Assembly: GCA_964035545.1 (NCBI GenBank)
Contig: OZ037767.1
Span: forward strand, 15,566,998-15,630,997
Length of the DNA: 64,000 nucleotides
Reading direction: 5' to 3'
Source of the DNA: Bugula neritina
Taxonomy: Eukaryota > Animalia > Bryozoa
Translations under genes and position numbers: made by a program
The notes under the pieces: model-generated
Told to the model about the DNA's origin: nothing
What the model saw: the letters and a program-made list of their open reading frames with translations, nothing else
The model's database searches: none
Shown here: in pieces, positions 9,811-24,400 of the stretch
How positions within the stretch are numbered: the first letter of the stretch is position 1
Layout of the letters: the number at the start of each line of letters is the position of its first letter

Positions 9811-11436
9811 GGAGTACACTGACAAACACAAATACCCAATTGATAGAAGCTTAGTCTATATTCTGACACAGTTTTTAGACTCCTTTAAAATGCAGCTTGT
9901 GTTAGGATATCAAATAATTTGCTTTTCTTGAACTTGTTCCCAATTTCTGTTCTATTAATATTACATTTATACATTGTACACTATCTATGCTTTATATATT
10001 ATATATCATGCTATGCTTTATTTTACTATAAATGCATTGATATTTGCAATATCTATATTATTGTAACTTATAAGTACACTATTTGTATGCTGTCAACACC
10101 CTATGAGATTTCATTGATATAATTATTACATAGTATGAATGACTTAATAGCATAATGAGGCTGTATCTGGTTTATAGGTTCTGGCCGTGTGACTTTCAGC
10201 TGCCATGACAGCTACAGAAATGCACTTGGCGCTGCTTTTGTGGAAATAAAAACCCCAAAGTTTACTAAGAAGATATTTGTGCTCTGCAACTATTATAGTT
10301 TTTAAAGTCATGTTTTTATGTAAATTGCAATAATATATTTATTTGCATTTTTTGGTTCAAATTATTATATATATTTGAATTTCTGCAAACTTGTAGTGCA
10401 ATAATAAAACTAAATTGTGCTTTTACTGAATGGTGTGTAGGTACAACTTATAGACCCTTACTTGGAGGAATCTATCTGTCACGTGTGCAGAATCAGTTTG
10501 GGGCCCTACTTTTGCAGACATCCAATGTGCTCCAAGGTAACACGATTTCTCTATTATCTTGAGAAAAATTAGCTTTGCTTCTAAATCATGAAAAAATATA
10601 TTTGACAAGTATAAGTATTTGATTATTTATTTAATTGAATTTATTATTTAATGCATTTTTTATTATTTAATGCTATACAATTTTATAAAAAAAATTAGCA
10701 GTTTGAGATTTGCACATAAAATTAATTTGACAATCATGAAAGTACAATTGCTATAATAATTGTTACCATAATTTATGTTATTATAATACATTAGCTGTTG
10801 GTGAGAATAGACTTTTCACAAGGAAAATTTTTTAGCATGTCACTTTTCCAGATTTACTTCAAACAAGTCGTGGAAAATGTTGCTGGGAGCTATTATAATC
10901 TTACTGAGTTCATATGTAGTTCAATTTTAACTAAAAATAATAAATTGACAGTTGCAAGAGATGACAAATAGGGGCTGATAACAAGATGTTTAAATTGTTA
11001 AATATTTTTGACACATAATTTTTAGTATACTGTAAAAAATAGTATAAGGTACAAAGTTTTTAAAAGTCAATTAGTTTATAAACACATTATTAATATCAAA
11101 AATTGTTCAAAATATATATTAGATTTTGAAAAAACATTACACTGCATAGAAATTTTTTATTTTATTGTCCAGTATATAAATACAATTTTTTGATCAAAGA
11201 ATTCGTAATATTTTAACTATTTGCCTGACCTGACTGACTTTGATTATGCAATTCGATTTTTAATAACTAAGATTTATCTGATTTCATTCTCCCAGTACTT
11301 CTGTGAACTCTGTTGGCGCTGGCAGCACTCTGACTTGGGGGAAGGAGCCCAGGCTCATTATCCTCTTACCAGAAACTCTAAAAAGAGTCGTGGTTTCTCA
11401 GAAGGAGGCTCTAGACTCGCTAGAAATGGCATTTAA
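9811..11436 (+). pseudogene. CPEB1: 5'-truncated, intron-containing fragment of a CPEB1/Orb-type gene (end of RRM2 plus ZZ zinc finger)
   Basis: 9811-9842 (GV-TDKHKYPI, with indel); 10178-10272 [21 protein letters not shown]; 10441-10536 VQLIDPYLEESICHVCRISLGPYFCRHPMCSK; 11296-11436 YFCELCWRWQHS..HYPLTRNSK*. Donors after the first two segments read AT instead of GT, and no upstream exons are seen. Confidence 0.85.
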
Positions 11437-12264
11437 ATACAAAACTGTTGCATATATCTTATATGTGAGTTATGTTTAGTGTCTCATTGTTGTTTACTCT
11501 TGTTCTGTTTGTTTTGCTGTTTTGTTTGCTGCTATATTTTTCCAAGCTTTATTTTTATAAGCCAATGGTTTTAAGTAAAACTTCCTTTATTTCCTGTTTT
11601 AAATCTCTGCTTAGTAAACATCAAAAACAAACAAAAAATGATTAAAGGCTCCCTATAGTGAAGTATGTGGATTTTAATAATTTAGTGAAGGATTTTTGAA
11701 GGTATTAGAGCTGTTTATTTGCCAGTCTTAGGGGTGTAGTTTTGTATTTTGTAGAATAATATTAGCTGTTATATTATATTAAACATAAATAAAAAAATCT
11801 CCCACATGAGTTATTCACCAACAATCAAATCTGCACCCAATACTTGAATAAGATCATAAGGAACTATATGGTGCACTGTTAAACCAAAGGTGCTTCATTG
11901 TTACTCGAACATATTTATTTCTCTTTTTTAATGAAAATGATCAGTAGAAAATATTCAGATAGTTTACAAAAAGCAGCAAAGCTCAGAATTCAGAATAATA
12001 TTTATATTCCATGCCAGATGCATTACATAATACTGTTTATTGAATATGCATATTGTATATGTCAAGTGTTCATTAAATATAAATGGAATACAAGATCAGA
12101 TTTATATAACATATAGCTAAATATTTAGAGTTATATACAGTTAGCTCAAATGTATATAAAGAGATATTACAGAAGAATAAAATGAAACTTCTATTTAAAG
12201 AAATTAAAAAGAGCATCTCAATAATATATTACTGTAAAAATTAGTTTCAGATCTTAGATAAGTT

Positions 12265-15200
12265 CTAAACGAGCACATAGCAAGTAGAACTTGAAGAATG
12301 TTCTAGCACAACTGAAACCTCATTATGAATATAACATTTAGCTGTAGAGGTTATTGAAAATGCTGCACAATCTTCATATTGCACACTGCAAGCGTAGGCA
12401 CATGATTCTATTGAGAGCTGTTTGAAAACCCCAACGCAGATTTACTGCTACACATGCGATCAGATGATGCTGAGAATCTTTTATGCTTTGGATGACTCAT
12501 GTAGTAAAAAGTTTGAGAAGTTTTGCTGTAGACAATGAAATTATTCTCAGATGATGTGGCGGATATGAGGTCAAGGTCAGTGTTCAGACCAGTCACCACA
12601 ACATCTACTAATCCAACATGGCCGCTACTCACTTTAAATCTCTTCAGTTTTCCTTTGTTTACAAACAGCTGTTGCCCATCCACAACAACAGGTGTGCAAT
12701 TGTTGCTGCACTCAAAGCTGACAGTGTTGGTGTTTTTGTGAACTAGAGATTTAGCTTCGCATGTTTTAATTTCACCTGTAAGTGAAACAACTCCAAATGA
12801 TTGAACTGTTGGATAATGAAAGTTGTCGGAAAAACTAGTTACAAAACCAAACTGAAGACCGTAGTAGCCATGTATAAGAAAATATGAGGGAGAGATGCTT
12901 AAAATAACGGAGTAAACATTATTGTTTTTCACACAATTTATGATTAGTCGTGTGACGTCTGCAAAGTATAAAATTGCCATGTGAGTTGGTGAATCAAGTC
13001 TAATATCAGAGATTCGAGAGTATGTTTGATATGCAATGAGGGTACCTGCTTCACCGCATTGACCAATCATAGCATAGTTTACATTTAGTAGGTCATCAAG
13101 ATTTGCTGCTTTTATACAGTGCTCTGATTGGTCGGCTACAAAAATAAATTGTTTCTTGTGAGATTCTAAAAGGCTGAGTTTTGACAGGTTGACAAGAATA
13201 ATATGACTAATTGAGGTGAATGTGTAGGAATTTTGCAGATAAGCACAACCTTGTAGCTGCACACCAGCTACTACTGTACAGTCTCCATGATGATTGATTT
13301 CCACAAGTTGTTTTGATGTAGCTGCTATTATTTTAGTAGAATCAGTTGGATGTTCAATAAAGGATATGATGTTATGGTTAGTAATTTTATTGACCTCAAT
13401 GTGACTAGTGGCCTGGTAAGGAGTGCTAATTGGACCATCTGCCGAATCAATTATTAACCTTTGACCTACAAATAGGTACACAGGTGGATTTTATATATCT
13501 GTAAAAACTGCTTATGCGGAAAGGCTTTTTAAACGGACTAAAGATTTGCTTTTTATATTAGGGCACAAGGGCAATTATGGCTAACATTACCAATACAGCA
13601 TTATAACAGAAAATTACTGTTTAACCCATATATAATATGGTAAAACATCCATTCAACAATGTTAGCATTTTATGAAACTTTTCATGTAAAAACCAAATTA
13701 AAGAATTTTATTCAGTAATTCTCCGTAAGTTTTGTTAGTTTGCTGAAACTTCATCTTTTTGAATACCTTTATAATACTTTAAACAGACATTACACATGAT
13801 TTGAATATTGATTAGCGCTACATGAATTAGCTTAGGACTTGTTTGACAAAGATTAAATTTAATATTTAAATTATAATTATGTGTCAAATATTGTACTATG
13901 ATATGTTCAAATTTGTTTTATTATTCTAAAACTTGTTTGACTTCATGCAAGTCCAACATTTTGGCCTCTAATGTAAACGAACAATATTTATCATATCTAC
14001 AAAGCACTTAATGCAATAATTTCATTCTTATCAGCAAAATTGCATTTTCCGAACATGAGAACAGGTGTTTATTTGATTTTTAAAAAACTATAACAATAAA
14101 CATTTCCTTAATATCATATTTGCAATATAGAATATTTAATTTAAATTGCGGTACCTTATATGAACTGCGGTAAGCATTATATGAATTTAGTTTTATTTAT
14201 ACCTCAACTGATCCTATATTATAACCTACAATAGGCCTATAGTACGCTGGTCCTATATATATTACTTATAGTCCTAATTTTACTAGTCCTAGATAATATA
14301 ATAAACTGGGCCTATGTAATACTATAAGTCCTATAGTGTTGGTGCTACAATAGCCTATTGGTCTTATAATAAGCTGGTCCCATAGTACTGGTTCTATTAA
14401 ACTGGCCCCCTAACATTGGTCCTATCACTCACAATATATCTATAAAAATACATTATTTACATATTATATATAGCTGAATAATCAGTATATCATAGTTTAT
14501 TATATATAGAAACAATAACAATTAATTTGAAGGACAACTGTTTATAAACCAATCACATTACCTGGGAAAGTCTTGTAAATACTTTTCCTCCATGTTCCAC
14601 CACACATTTGACTACTGTTCCCTCTGCATGCTCTACGACACTCAGTTTCCCCTGCTTCACCATGTTTGTTGTATTCAACACCACAGTAACACTGGTCAGT
14701 AGATTGTACTCCTGCATATGGCTGCCCTGGAATTAGTAAATTACTAATCGATCTTTATAAATATAACAACACGATAAATCACAAAACACAAATTTTTTAT
14801 AGTTCAGCTACAATTGGCAGATTCAAACTTAAATGCCTTTGTTGTGTTGAAATGGAAGAATACTGAAATCGATGAAAATTAAAAATAAACGTTTTCAAAG
14901 AATCAACATCATTATCAGGTATACTGCAGTTACTTTTTTAAAAATTATAAAAAGATTTACCTTGTATACTGCAGTAGCCAATACAAAGCTCTACGGTCAT
15001 CAAACGAGTTGAAAATGCTATGGGTAACGCTCTGTTCCTAGAGTCCTTGTAACAACCAATCAGCTGGTTGACAGTGTACACCAGATTCCAACACAGCCAG
15101 AGTTGCAGCAGCACTTAAATTATACAACTAAATTAGTCAATTATTTATAAAAAAAAGTTTGAACTAACAGATGCAAGTATTTAAAAAAATAAAATTTAGA

Positions 15201-15432
15201 ATAAAAAGTTTGAATAAATAAAATTAAAGCAAAATATAAAAGTATAAAAAATTTACATAGTAAGTTGAAACACATTTTTTTGTTTAGATATAAAAAACAG
15301 ATATAATAAACTACATTGAAATTGACATTTTGAAATTTTTTAAGTTAATAAACATGTTTTTCATATTTTAGATCCTACGAAGCTAACTGAAACAACCCAT
15401 ATCTTACCAAGCCTTAGCTGGCAGAATTTCAT
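12265..15432 (-). pseudogene. Secreted-type WSC + NHL/beta-propeller-like + PAN/apple-like protein gene with apparent frame lesions
   Basis: Exons 15408-15432 (MKFCQLRL), 14961-15127 and 14562-14726 (WSC: GCYKD..MTVELCIGYC..YAGVQ..CYCG..C..C.G....CGG), then a large exon from 13465 (ORF 12408-13481: FVADQSEHCIK..IGQCGEAG..LDSPTHMA). A shifted frame at ~12414-12265 reads SIESCAYACSVQYEDCAAFSITSTAKCYIH (PAN-like). Confidence 0.7.
14205..14430. repeat. Degenerate intronic minisatellite (GGTCCTAT/AGTCCTA-like units)
   Basis: Roughly ten variants of (ct)ggtcctata in ~220 bp. Confidence 0.4.
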
Positions 15433-17095
15433 TATTACTATGTCTAACCAATTCAGTCTTCAACCATGTAGTAGATTGGCTTTGAGTTTGTAATAACTTT
15501 TATTTCTAGATTAGAGATATATTTTGGAATGTAAAATACTTTAATTAGTTTGCACATATGTAAGATACACAACTTGGTTTGCCTGTGAAATTGCAACACT
15601 ACTCCAACCTTATCCTAAAAGGCCTAGACTATATATTTATTTTATGAATCTATTTTCAAATATAAGGATACAACTTGTTTGGAAAAATAGATCAAATTGT
15701 TAATGAATCGCAAAGTAAACGGGGAAATTTAATTGATTACAAATCGCAAACATCCCGCATCCAATATATACTGCACACTTTGAGCCGCACAATTATAAAT
15801 TGTATAATTAGTTTTAATTTTACTTTAGGTAATATTTTAAACAATTTTTTGTAGCAAAATAATTTCTTATAGACATTTTCTTGAATTAATTTTCGTCGAC
15901 ATGTGTTATAATGAATGATATATTTTGATGTTTTTAATAATATGTTACTTTATGTAACATATCAACAACTCATATACTAGTATTTGTTTATTAGATCTGT
16001 CTATAATTTAGAATGAATCGGGATAAATTGTTCTACATTGTATGGGTATGCTGCCTTAAGATGGAGTTTCTATATTTTTGCTATAGTTGGTGCTTATAAG
16101 CAAAACATATTATTATGATTATCAATATAATTATTATTATAATGGTGTTATAACATTGACATATATAAAATAATATAAATATTGACTGATTACATCATTT
16201 TAGGTAAATGTTGAAACAAAGATTATACGTAAAGATATTACTTTTATAGTTGTTTTTCATTAATTGGTGTATCTATTATGACAACATGCATTGAAATTAT
16301 TCGCCCACTCTCAGTTACACAACAACTTTATCATAACAGCAGGAGAATCGCAATGAAACATGATACCAACATTTTATCGTCTATTAGCGTGAAATATTTG
16401 ACAAAGTTAAACATTATCAGACACTCAAATGTTTACTGTCACTATTAGCATGAATATAGATTTTTCATACTTTTTATGACACTAATAGCATGAATTATCT
16501 TTGTAGTCTGTATTTATTTATTATAAATAATACATATACTTTACCAATTTTCTATATTCGACGATCTTGCTCTTATAACACACTTTACGTTACTTAATAA
16601 AAGCAAAGTAAATATCATAAGTATATCTCTTAAGTTGCCGACGCTTTAAACTGTAAGAACAAAATTTTCAACATGGAAATAATAAGGAGAAGTCTATAAA
16701 TGAAAGTTTTTGTTGTATGACGGCATTGTTATAGGCTCTTTCAATAAGTTTACTTCGTAGATGCAGCTACAACAGTAAGTTAGTAACAAACTTTAATCAT
16801 TTTATAATAGAATATCATTTTCTTAAATTACATAATACGAACAGTTTCACTTTTCATGTGGTATATAGCTGATTAAAGGACTACATAGAGCTAAGAAGCT
16901 CTGAACATTAGTGAAATTAGTATTTCATTATCAGAAGTGGTTGGTGCGTGTATATTAGTAAATGACTGTACTGTATTCCATGTGTGCGTATAACTCTTGA
17001 AAAGACTCTAAAATTATATATATATATATATTTGATACTGATACAATTTTGGATATAAAAATAAACTTAGATCTTCATTTTAGCGACTACAATAT

Positions 17096-17218
17096 TGTTT
17101 CACGCAGTGCAAGCTACGATCATCAGTTCGTTGTGTGTACGGTTGAGTGCTTTTGTTTTGAAATTACTCAAGCGTACACACAACGACCTGATGATCGTAG
17201 CTCGCACTACGTGAAACA
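17096..17218. repeat. 123-bp foldback/palindrome (MITE-like)
   Basis: 53-bp arms at 17096-17148 and 17166-17218 with 4 mismatches and a 17-nt loop; abuts the large TIR. Confidence 0.85.
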
Positions 17219-17406
17219 CAGGGCATAATTTCACAGTATCTCGACCTCAGACATAACACTTATGTACCAATACGAGATACATCACATCATAATTAAATGT
17301 TGTCTATCGGCAAAAATTTTGCAGTAGCCAATCATAGTACTATAACAGGGCAGTCTGAGTGTAGTATCTCGTTTATCGGCATAATTATAATAGCCCGTAG
17401 TTGAAG
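17219..17406 (+). repeat. Left 188-bp TIR
   Basis: CAGGGCATAATTTCACAG..CCCGTAGTTGAAG. Confidence 0.95.
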
Positions 17407-20400
17407 ATGGAGTTGGAAGCTTTTCAAATACCTCCCGCATATAATAGCATTTATGCTAGTCCTTAAAACTAAATAAACATTATGGTAGACCAATAATCAT
17501 GAAAGCTCTACTCAGTTGTAACTGGAGGATTTGCAGCACCACAATACTAAATTTCTTGCATTGGAGGTGCTTAGGCTGTGTTGTCATAGTTATATGTACT
17601 TATTGGGGCTTGGTATAAAATTAAACCTGACAATTATAACGATTAAAGTATTATTGCTGTGGTTTCAACTGACCAACTTTGGAGTTATTATCTCGATTCT
17701 TTGTCAGGAATGGTTAGATAATTTCATGCAATAATGAGTTTTGGCTTTATATCATTATAAATATCTACATTGATGGCAGCACTGAGCTAGAATTCTAATA
17801 TCTTTTCAAGCTCATTGGGTGGCAGCTTATCGGCTAAATTTTATGCAGATATTGAATAATGTGGTTTGATAGTTATGCTATATTGTTAGGTTCACAAGCA
17901 TCTTTAAAAAGTTATAATTATTGCGTTGACCATAGGTCAAAAAATTACCTAAAGAGAGGGCAAACAACTCCAAAAGATTGTTTTCGCAGAAGCAAGTAAA
18001 ATTCAGCTAAACTGAATACTCCAACTGATCAACATTTTGATCTATTGAAAATGAAGAAAAGTTAAATATTATTATACTATTCTAATCATGAATAGGCACA
18101 AGCTAAAAAGATATTTATTTCAAAAAATATAAAAAGTAAAGTAACACAACAATGTTTGCAAACGCAGACCTAAAAATGTGAATATTCTAGCTTGAAATTA
18201 AGTCTGAAATTCAGACTTTTCTAGGTTGAATTGACTTTAATTGACTCACCAGAAAAAACAATTAATAAAATTATAAAGACAAGCATATAATGAAAAATGT
18301 AGTTCATTAGCAAAACTGGAGGAAAGCACTTTTTTCTAGAAATTGTTCGATTACATAATACATTTTTGTGCAAATGATATTTTTTAATGAAATGAAACTG
18401 TTGTATTGTTTGGCTAGATGAAGTTTCAAAAGTATTTTTAATATTTTCTCAAATAAAGTAGACATGCACTCCATTTTCACATTTTTTGGCAAAACATATG
18501 ATTGGGATTCAGTAGTCAATCAGTTAAGCTTGACACAAGGAGTTGTCACATCCATCCCAAAGAACAAGACCATCTACAATAACAAACATGGAAAGTACTT
18601 AAAATTACATTTAAGTTTACAATAATCCTTAAAATATATGTTGCCTTCTGCAAATGCTAAATAAAACACGATGTAATGCTATGTTTACTTAGACTAAATC
18701 TTGCTGACTTACAATGAAATTCATTCATTTCAATTTGAAAATTCCTGTCAATAACTTGACTCTATGCTAACAACTAATTGTAATACCAAAATCACACTGC
18801 TACTTTTAGTTTAGGGAATTTATTTTCATTATTAGTTCAATATTCAGCAGAGGTTTTTCTTTAATGAACAAACAATAGGCATACATGCAGATGAAAGATT
18901 AGGTCTAGTGAATACTAATTTTGTGCCTAACAAAAAAAAATGAAAGACTGCATGAAAAACTAACAACTCTAAAAAATTGCAATTTGAATGAGGCTCAGGC
19001 TTTTAGGTGAGCAAGAGTAACCAGAAGAGCTACTTTAATGGAAGAAATTACTGACTGATTGTGTAGTTGCAGGCTGCATGATGTGTTTTGATTGTCACAA
19101 CCACTTTTGAAAAGGGAAAATCCATTAAATTAAGACTACTGGCAAACAACGGAACGATAAGGAAAAAATACCAAGTAGAAATTCACTTCTCAAAGCAAAC
19201 TGTAGTTAATACATTATAGATGCTTAGAAGAAGCAGGCAATAGTGAATGCTATATAGTGTAGATCAGGATTCTATACAATGACAAGTAAACTGAAATTCC
19301 AGTGCACTTTGAAACTACTTGTAAGAATGGGCTTAGTGCTTTGTAGTGCCTTGAAAAATTTTTCAAGTCTAATTGGCACCATGCTATTAGAATTCGCAGA
19401 GAGATGACCCTTTAAACTTTCACTTTAAACTTTCACTTTAAACTTTAATACCTTCACGATTTTCAGTAAGAAATTCAATTTATCTAGGTCTGAAATTTCA
19501 CCGAGTTGCATTGCAAGCCGCTGGTAAAAATGTTTAGTTTGTGATAACTTAATCAGCTGATTTCAGAATAACAATCATTGGGAATGACATCTTCATGTAG
19601 ATATAGATATTTATGCTTATAATTATATCGGCTGCCTTCATCAATCATCGATACTATGCTGCCAAATCAACTAATTAATTACAGTTGGAAACTTCAAAGG
19701 GCATTGAATAGCAATTAAGCAAGTTATACTTTTAATATTACAAAAATAACTTATGCATCAATATGATTTAAAACATAGGTGGGCACTCCGCTAGTGATAT
19801 TAACTGAAACTGGAACTTTTTTCATGCAGGAAAAGCAAAAACGCACCTCAACAGAAACCCAAAAATTTCCAGCACACTTTATGCTTTGACAACACGCACA
19901 CAATAACTTCGTTTATGGTACAAACCTTTTTGTTGATTGTTTTCCAACATTTTCACTAGAGCAAAGCCGAAAGAAATTTGGAAACTGCATAATGATGCCA
20001 GCCATCGTGGCATCATCTTCTCTGGAAAATTATTGACAAATCATCACCCAAAAACTTCAGCAAAGCCTCCATCAATAGTATGTAATACTTTAGGTGACAC
20101 TAAAAAGAAAGAGACAATATTTTCGTGTAATTTAACCCATCAATAAACGCATCAATAGTTAGTGTGGCCACGGTTTAAACCTCATTAATTTCATGCTATT
20201 TAAGGCTTTTACAACTTAAAAGATGTAATTCATCTGCAAGAGAAATGTTAGGTATATGAAATGAGTAGAAGTGCAAAAGCAAGCAGGTATTAAGGAAGGA
20301 AGAGTTAGTAGGTGTACTTTGACTTGCGATAAATCAATGTGATACCAGATGTGAATTTTGAGGTGTGTTTACTCCAATCTCACTGAAAAGGTAGAAATAG

Positions 20401-21147
20401 CTAAATTTACGAGACACACAATATTTTTTAAAATACTGCACATTCATTAAAACTTTATAAAACTCTAGTGTGAAGGGTGACTCACACTTTTAAACCGTCG
20501 ATGAGCTAAGTTGTAAAAGTTTGATGAGAACCTTTTACTCTATAAATTTATGCAATATAAAATACTTTCCACATATTCAACAGCTACGAAGTTTTGTTGA
20601 AGATAAACTTCCTCAACAAATATACAGAAAAAAGCTATTTGAAAGCCAAATTTCATTAGCATATTATAAGATTATTTGTGTTTCATCTTTATAAACAATG
20701 ATTTAGTCATTTAACGGATAACTAATGATTTCACTTTGTTTTTCATTCAATAAAAACTAAGTGTAGTTGGTATTAAAAACAGCTTTCATATCTCACTTTT
20801 TTTCTCACCCTAATCTGCGTAGGCAAACAATTGGTTTGTTTCAAACACCACAAAAGTAAAGCGTGACAGCATAGCCAGTGGAGAAAACAATCATCTATAC
20901 TGCTGGATCAGTGGCAACTTGTGAGTGTGTCAGAGTAGTGTCTTGTTGTGTGACTCTACAAATAAATTATGAATTTGAATATACTACAAAGTTGCAAACA
21001 TTGTTTTAACAAAACACAGCATTTATTTGATATTATATGTAAAGCTCAAGTTGGTATAATATATATTAAATCAATTTTAGCTTTCCTTTTGGATACTCTG
21101 AAACAAAATAAAAAAATAAACCAAAATTGGGTAAAGCCATGCAAACT

Positions 21148-21434
21148 AGAGAGAGAAAGGAGAGTGGGAGAGGGGGGGTGGGAGAGAAAGGTTAGGAGAG
21201 AGGATGGAAGAGAGATGGGGTAGAAGAGAGAAAGGGAGAGAGTCAGAGAGATAGTGGAAAAAGGAAGAGAGAAAGGTTAGGAGAGAGAGAAGGTGGGAGA
21301 GACGGAGAGTGGGAGAGAGAGAAGGTGGGAGAGACAGAGGGTGGGAGAGAGGGAGGGTGGGAGAGAGGGGGAGAAAGAGAGAGAGAGGTTGAGTGGAAGG
21401 TGTGGGAGAAAGAGACAGAGAGAGGAGTGAGAGA
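21148..21434. repeat. GA-rich low-complexity tract
   Basis: GAGA/GGGAGA-type repeats; source of spurious Leu/Ser/Pro ORFs. Confidence 0.9.
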
Positions 21435-24400
21435 GCTTCCAAACTAACACCATTGACTCAAAAAATGTTGATAAAAACTGCAGCAAGTCTTTAAAAACGA
21501 TGCTAGCAAGTTCAAAGCTCACTAAAACTTTCAAAATCAATAAAATGTCAAGTTCAAAAAACTCATCTGCGAGCAAAAAATAGTTACAGAGACAACCAGG
21601 TATTGGGCAAGAGCCAGCTAATAGGAGTACCTTTTTAGATAAACTGCATGCAGGCACAGTGAGATAGCATCGGTGAGTTGTGTCTTCATTTTAATTTCCT
21701 AAAAATGAACATAAACAAATGCTAGTAATGAAAGTTTTCAGGGTTATTAAGGGTGCAATTTTATCACTAAACATCATAGCAATAGCAAAAATTGCTCAGT
21801 ACAAATTTAAGAAAAATTTCTTTTATCCATTACATAATACCCGAAATCAAATCCATTTATTCAATTCATCAAGCTGAAAAACCAAGAATAATCAGAAAGA
21901 CAGTAAAATCACTTTCTAGTAGCTTTAGATCATAATTGTTGGGTTCAGCTCTTAAGCTAAGACACCGATGCACTGAAATACGAAAAAGATCAGCATACTT
22001 TTGACTGTCACAAAATTTATTTTACGAGCAACAGACATTTTAAGGTCACCCGCCACCCGCGCAGGACCACGTTGGTGAAAGGTGACCAGATATTTTAAGG
22101 TCAATCAAAATCAAGCAAAGTTCATCGTCATATTGCTTACTGCTTAATGCTGCAGCTTATTTTTGCTTACCAAGTTTCTTTCTGCAGAATAATTGTAGCT
22201 AGCTTCTCGATTTGCCATCTTTATTCCAGTCCAGCTTCAAATGACATCTTGATCGTTGCAAATATCCATGCAAGCTAAAAAATATTTATCAATCAGTACA
22301 ACAACAGAAATACTTACAATGATCCAAATATTACTATTACATTACTATAACATCACACAGTAACACTATGTTTATAATTGTAATACGGAAGCATGACTTT
22401 GTGGTAGTTTGATATGCTATAGCAAAAGGTAGAAAAATCAACTGAAAAACCGACAGAAATAATCAAGTACAATTAACTAAAGTAAATAAACTTACTGAAT
22501 AGTAAATATTTTACTATACTTAGTGAATTGATTTACTTCCACTAGGTTTACTTTCATGATTAAATGCTTCTGTCTATTTTCCAGTTTATAGGAATATATT
22601 AAAAGTGAAACCAATTATAATTACTATTACCTTATCTAGTTTTGACTATATATTTTTCACAAATATAAACATAGTTATATGCGTATTCCTATTGTGACTG
22701 CAGATACCATTGCGGTAACTGAAATCAAACTTCATTCTACTTCAAGTTTCAAACATTGTCCCAGTTCAAAGACTAACAAGTAAATAATTAATAACTGTGA
22801 AAGCTCCAATAAGTTACTTCATTATTAAATAAGATACAACTGATTCTACTGTATATGATACTATGGTATCTGTATTAAATTAAAACATAATTATGAAAAT
22901 CAAAAGTTGTATTTTGAGCACTTATATTATAGTAATTAAATTAACAGCTTAAAATAGGCACATTAAACCATGATTGGAATTTTTATCCATTTATCTTTAT
23001 AATTATATTTATTCTTTATTCTGAAAGTTGACCCAACACTGGTAACAAAACTAAAAGTAATTGATTAAGTATGATTTATTCTTCCACACTTTACCATTAT
23101 ATTTAGTCTTCCTGACTTTCAGTCTGTCATAGTGATTACTACTATATGAAAATGACTTTGACTTAGGAGTCATAATTATAGTCACAGTGTTGATAAGTCA
23201 ACAGTGTAGGATTAACACAGCACTAGACTAGTACTACCTCCAGCTTTCAAGTTTATGTTAGGGTATCTCTAAGACTAAAGAGTAACCCTAATAATGTAAG
23301 CAAACAGCAGTGAGTAATAAGCATGCTATTCAACTTCAAGTTTCACTAGTACTATAACCAATACCACATGTATTTTAAAAAAATTATGTAGCTGGTGAGT
23401 GAACTATAAAATTAAATAGGGATCAAACTTTGAGCAATATTAATAGAAATAATATTAGGACAGAGGTTTCCAATTATTAGTATGTGAAACCAAAGGGGAA
23501 TGGATAACTACTATTAGTATTATTACATTTACTTTATATTTAGTTTTACCAGTTCGTATTATGATTATCTTACTTTGAATTGTAAAGTATAATAATTATA
23601 ATATTCATAGTAGTATATTTATATTAGTAATTATTATGTATATTAGTAAAAACATTTGTTTTAAGTTGCTTGTTTATTAAATTATTCTAAATCCTAATAA
23701 CGATAATCCTAATATTAGTGATAATCATTATGCTCATCACTGTCCCCAAGTGCTATCAGTATGACCATCGCAATGTGAACCTAGACGTGAATGTAAAAAG
23801 GCACTGCAAAACAGAACATGGGATGGAGGCAGATATCCATACCATAATACAAATATCGATATTGAATTTGATAATCATAATTATTACACAAATATAATGA
23901 TAATAACTACAATGATCAAAAATAAATAATACCAAAGAGTTTTCGAATTACTATTCATAAAATCAAATATCACATTTATAAAGATATAATCGTATCTATT
24001 ATTAAATTTAAGTCAATTATACTAATAGCAATAGTAATAAAAATAGAAAAAAGAATCATTGACCAGGAGTAGGTGCAAAATAAAAGTCAATTTTAAGACA
24101 AAGAGTAAGAAAAATACTAAATCGATATTTAAAATTACTTATTTTTAATCTTAGTCACTTACAGTCAGTCTTAGTTTAATTTTTACTACTAAGTCTTTAA
24201 TTTCAAGTTCATTTTGACAATAAACTTGAAGACTTTAACTAAGAATATGTATAATTCAAAATTCCAAACTGGTACAAGTAAAAGTTGCTACTGAAGCTTT
24301 GTAATATTATTTTAAATTATTGGTATGATAGCATTATATTTTGATTCATAGCAATACTGATAGTGACAATTTCAAACATACCCATACCATTACTGTTACA

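Noticed and set aside
16872-17466. Possible TTAA-flanked (Kolobok-like) termini AGGACTACAT / ATGCTAGTCC
   Set aside because: Short imperfect match that would straddle the much better supported 188-bp TIR.
19760-20030. Cys-rich minus-strand frame (LCACCQSIKC..FCFSC) inside the TIR block
   Set aside because: Contains stops and matches no family I can name.
20969-21657. Leu/Ser/Pro- and Glu/Arg-rich ORFs
   Set aside because: Products of the GA-rich low-complexity tract.
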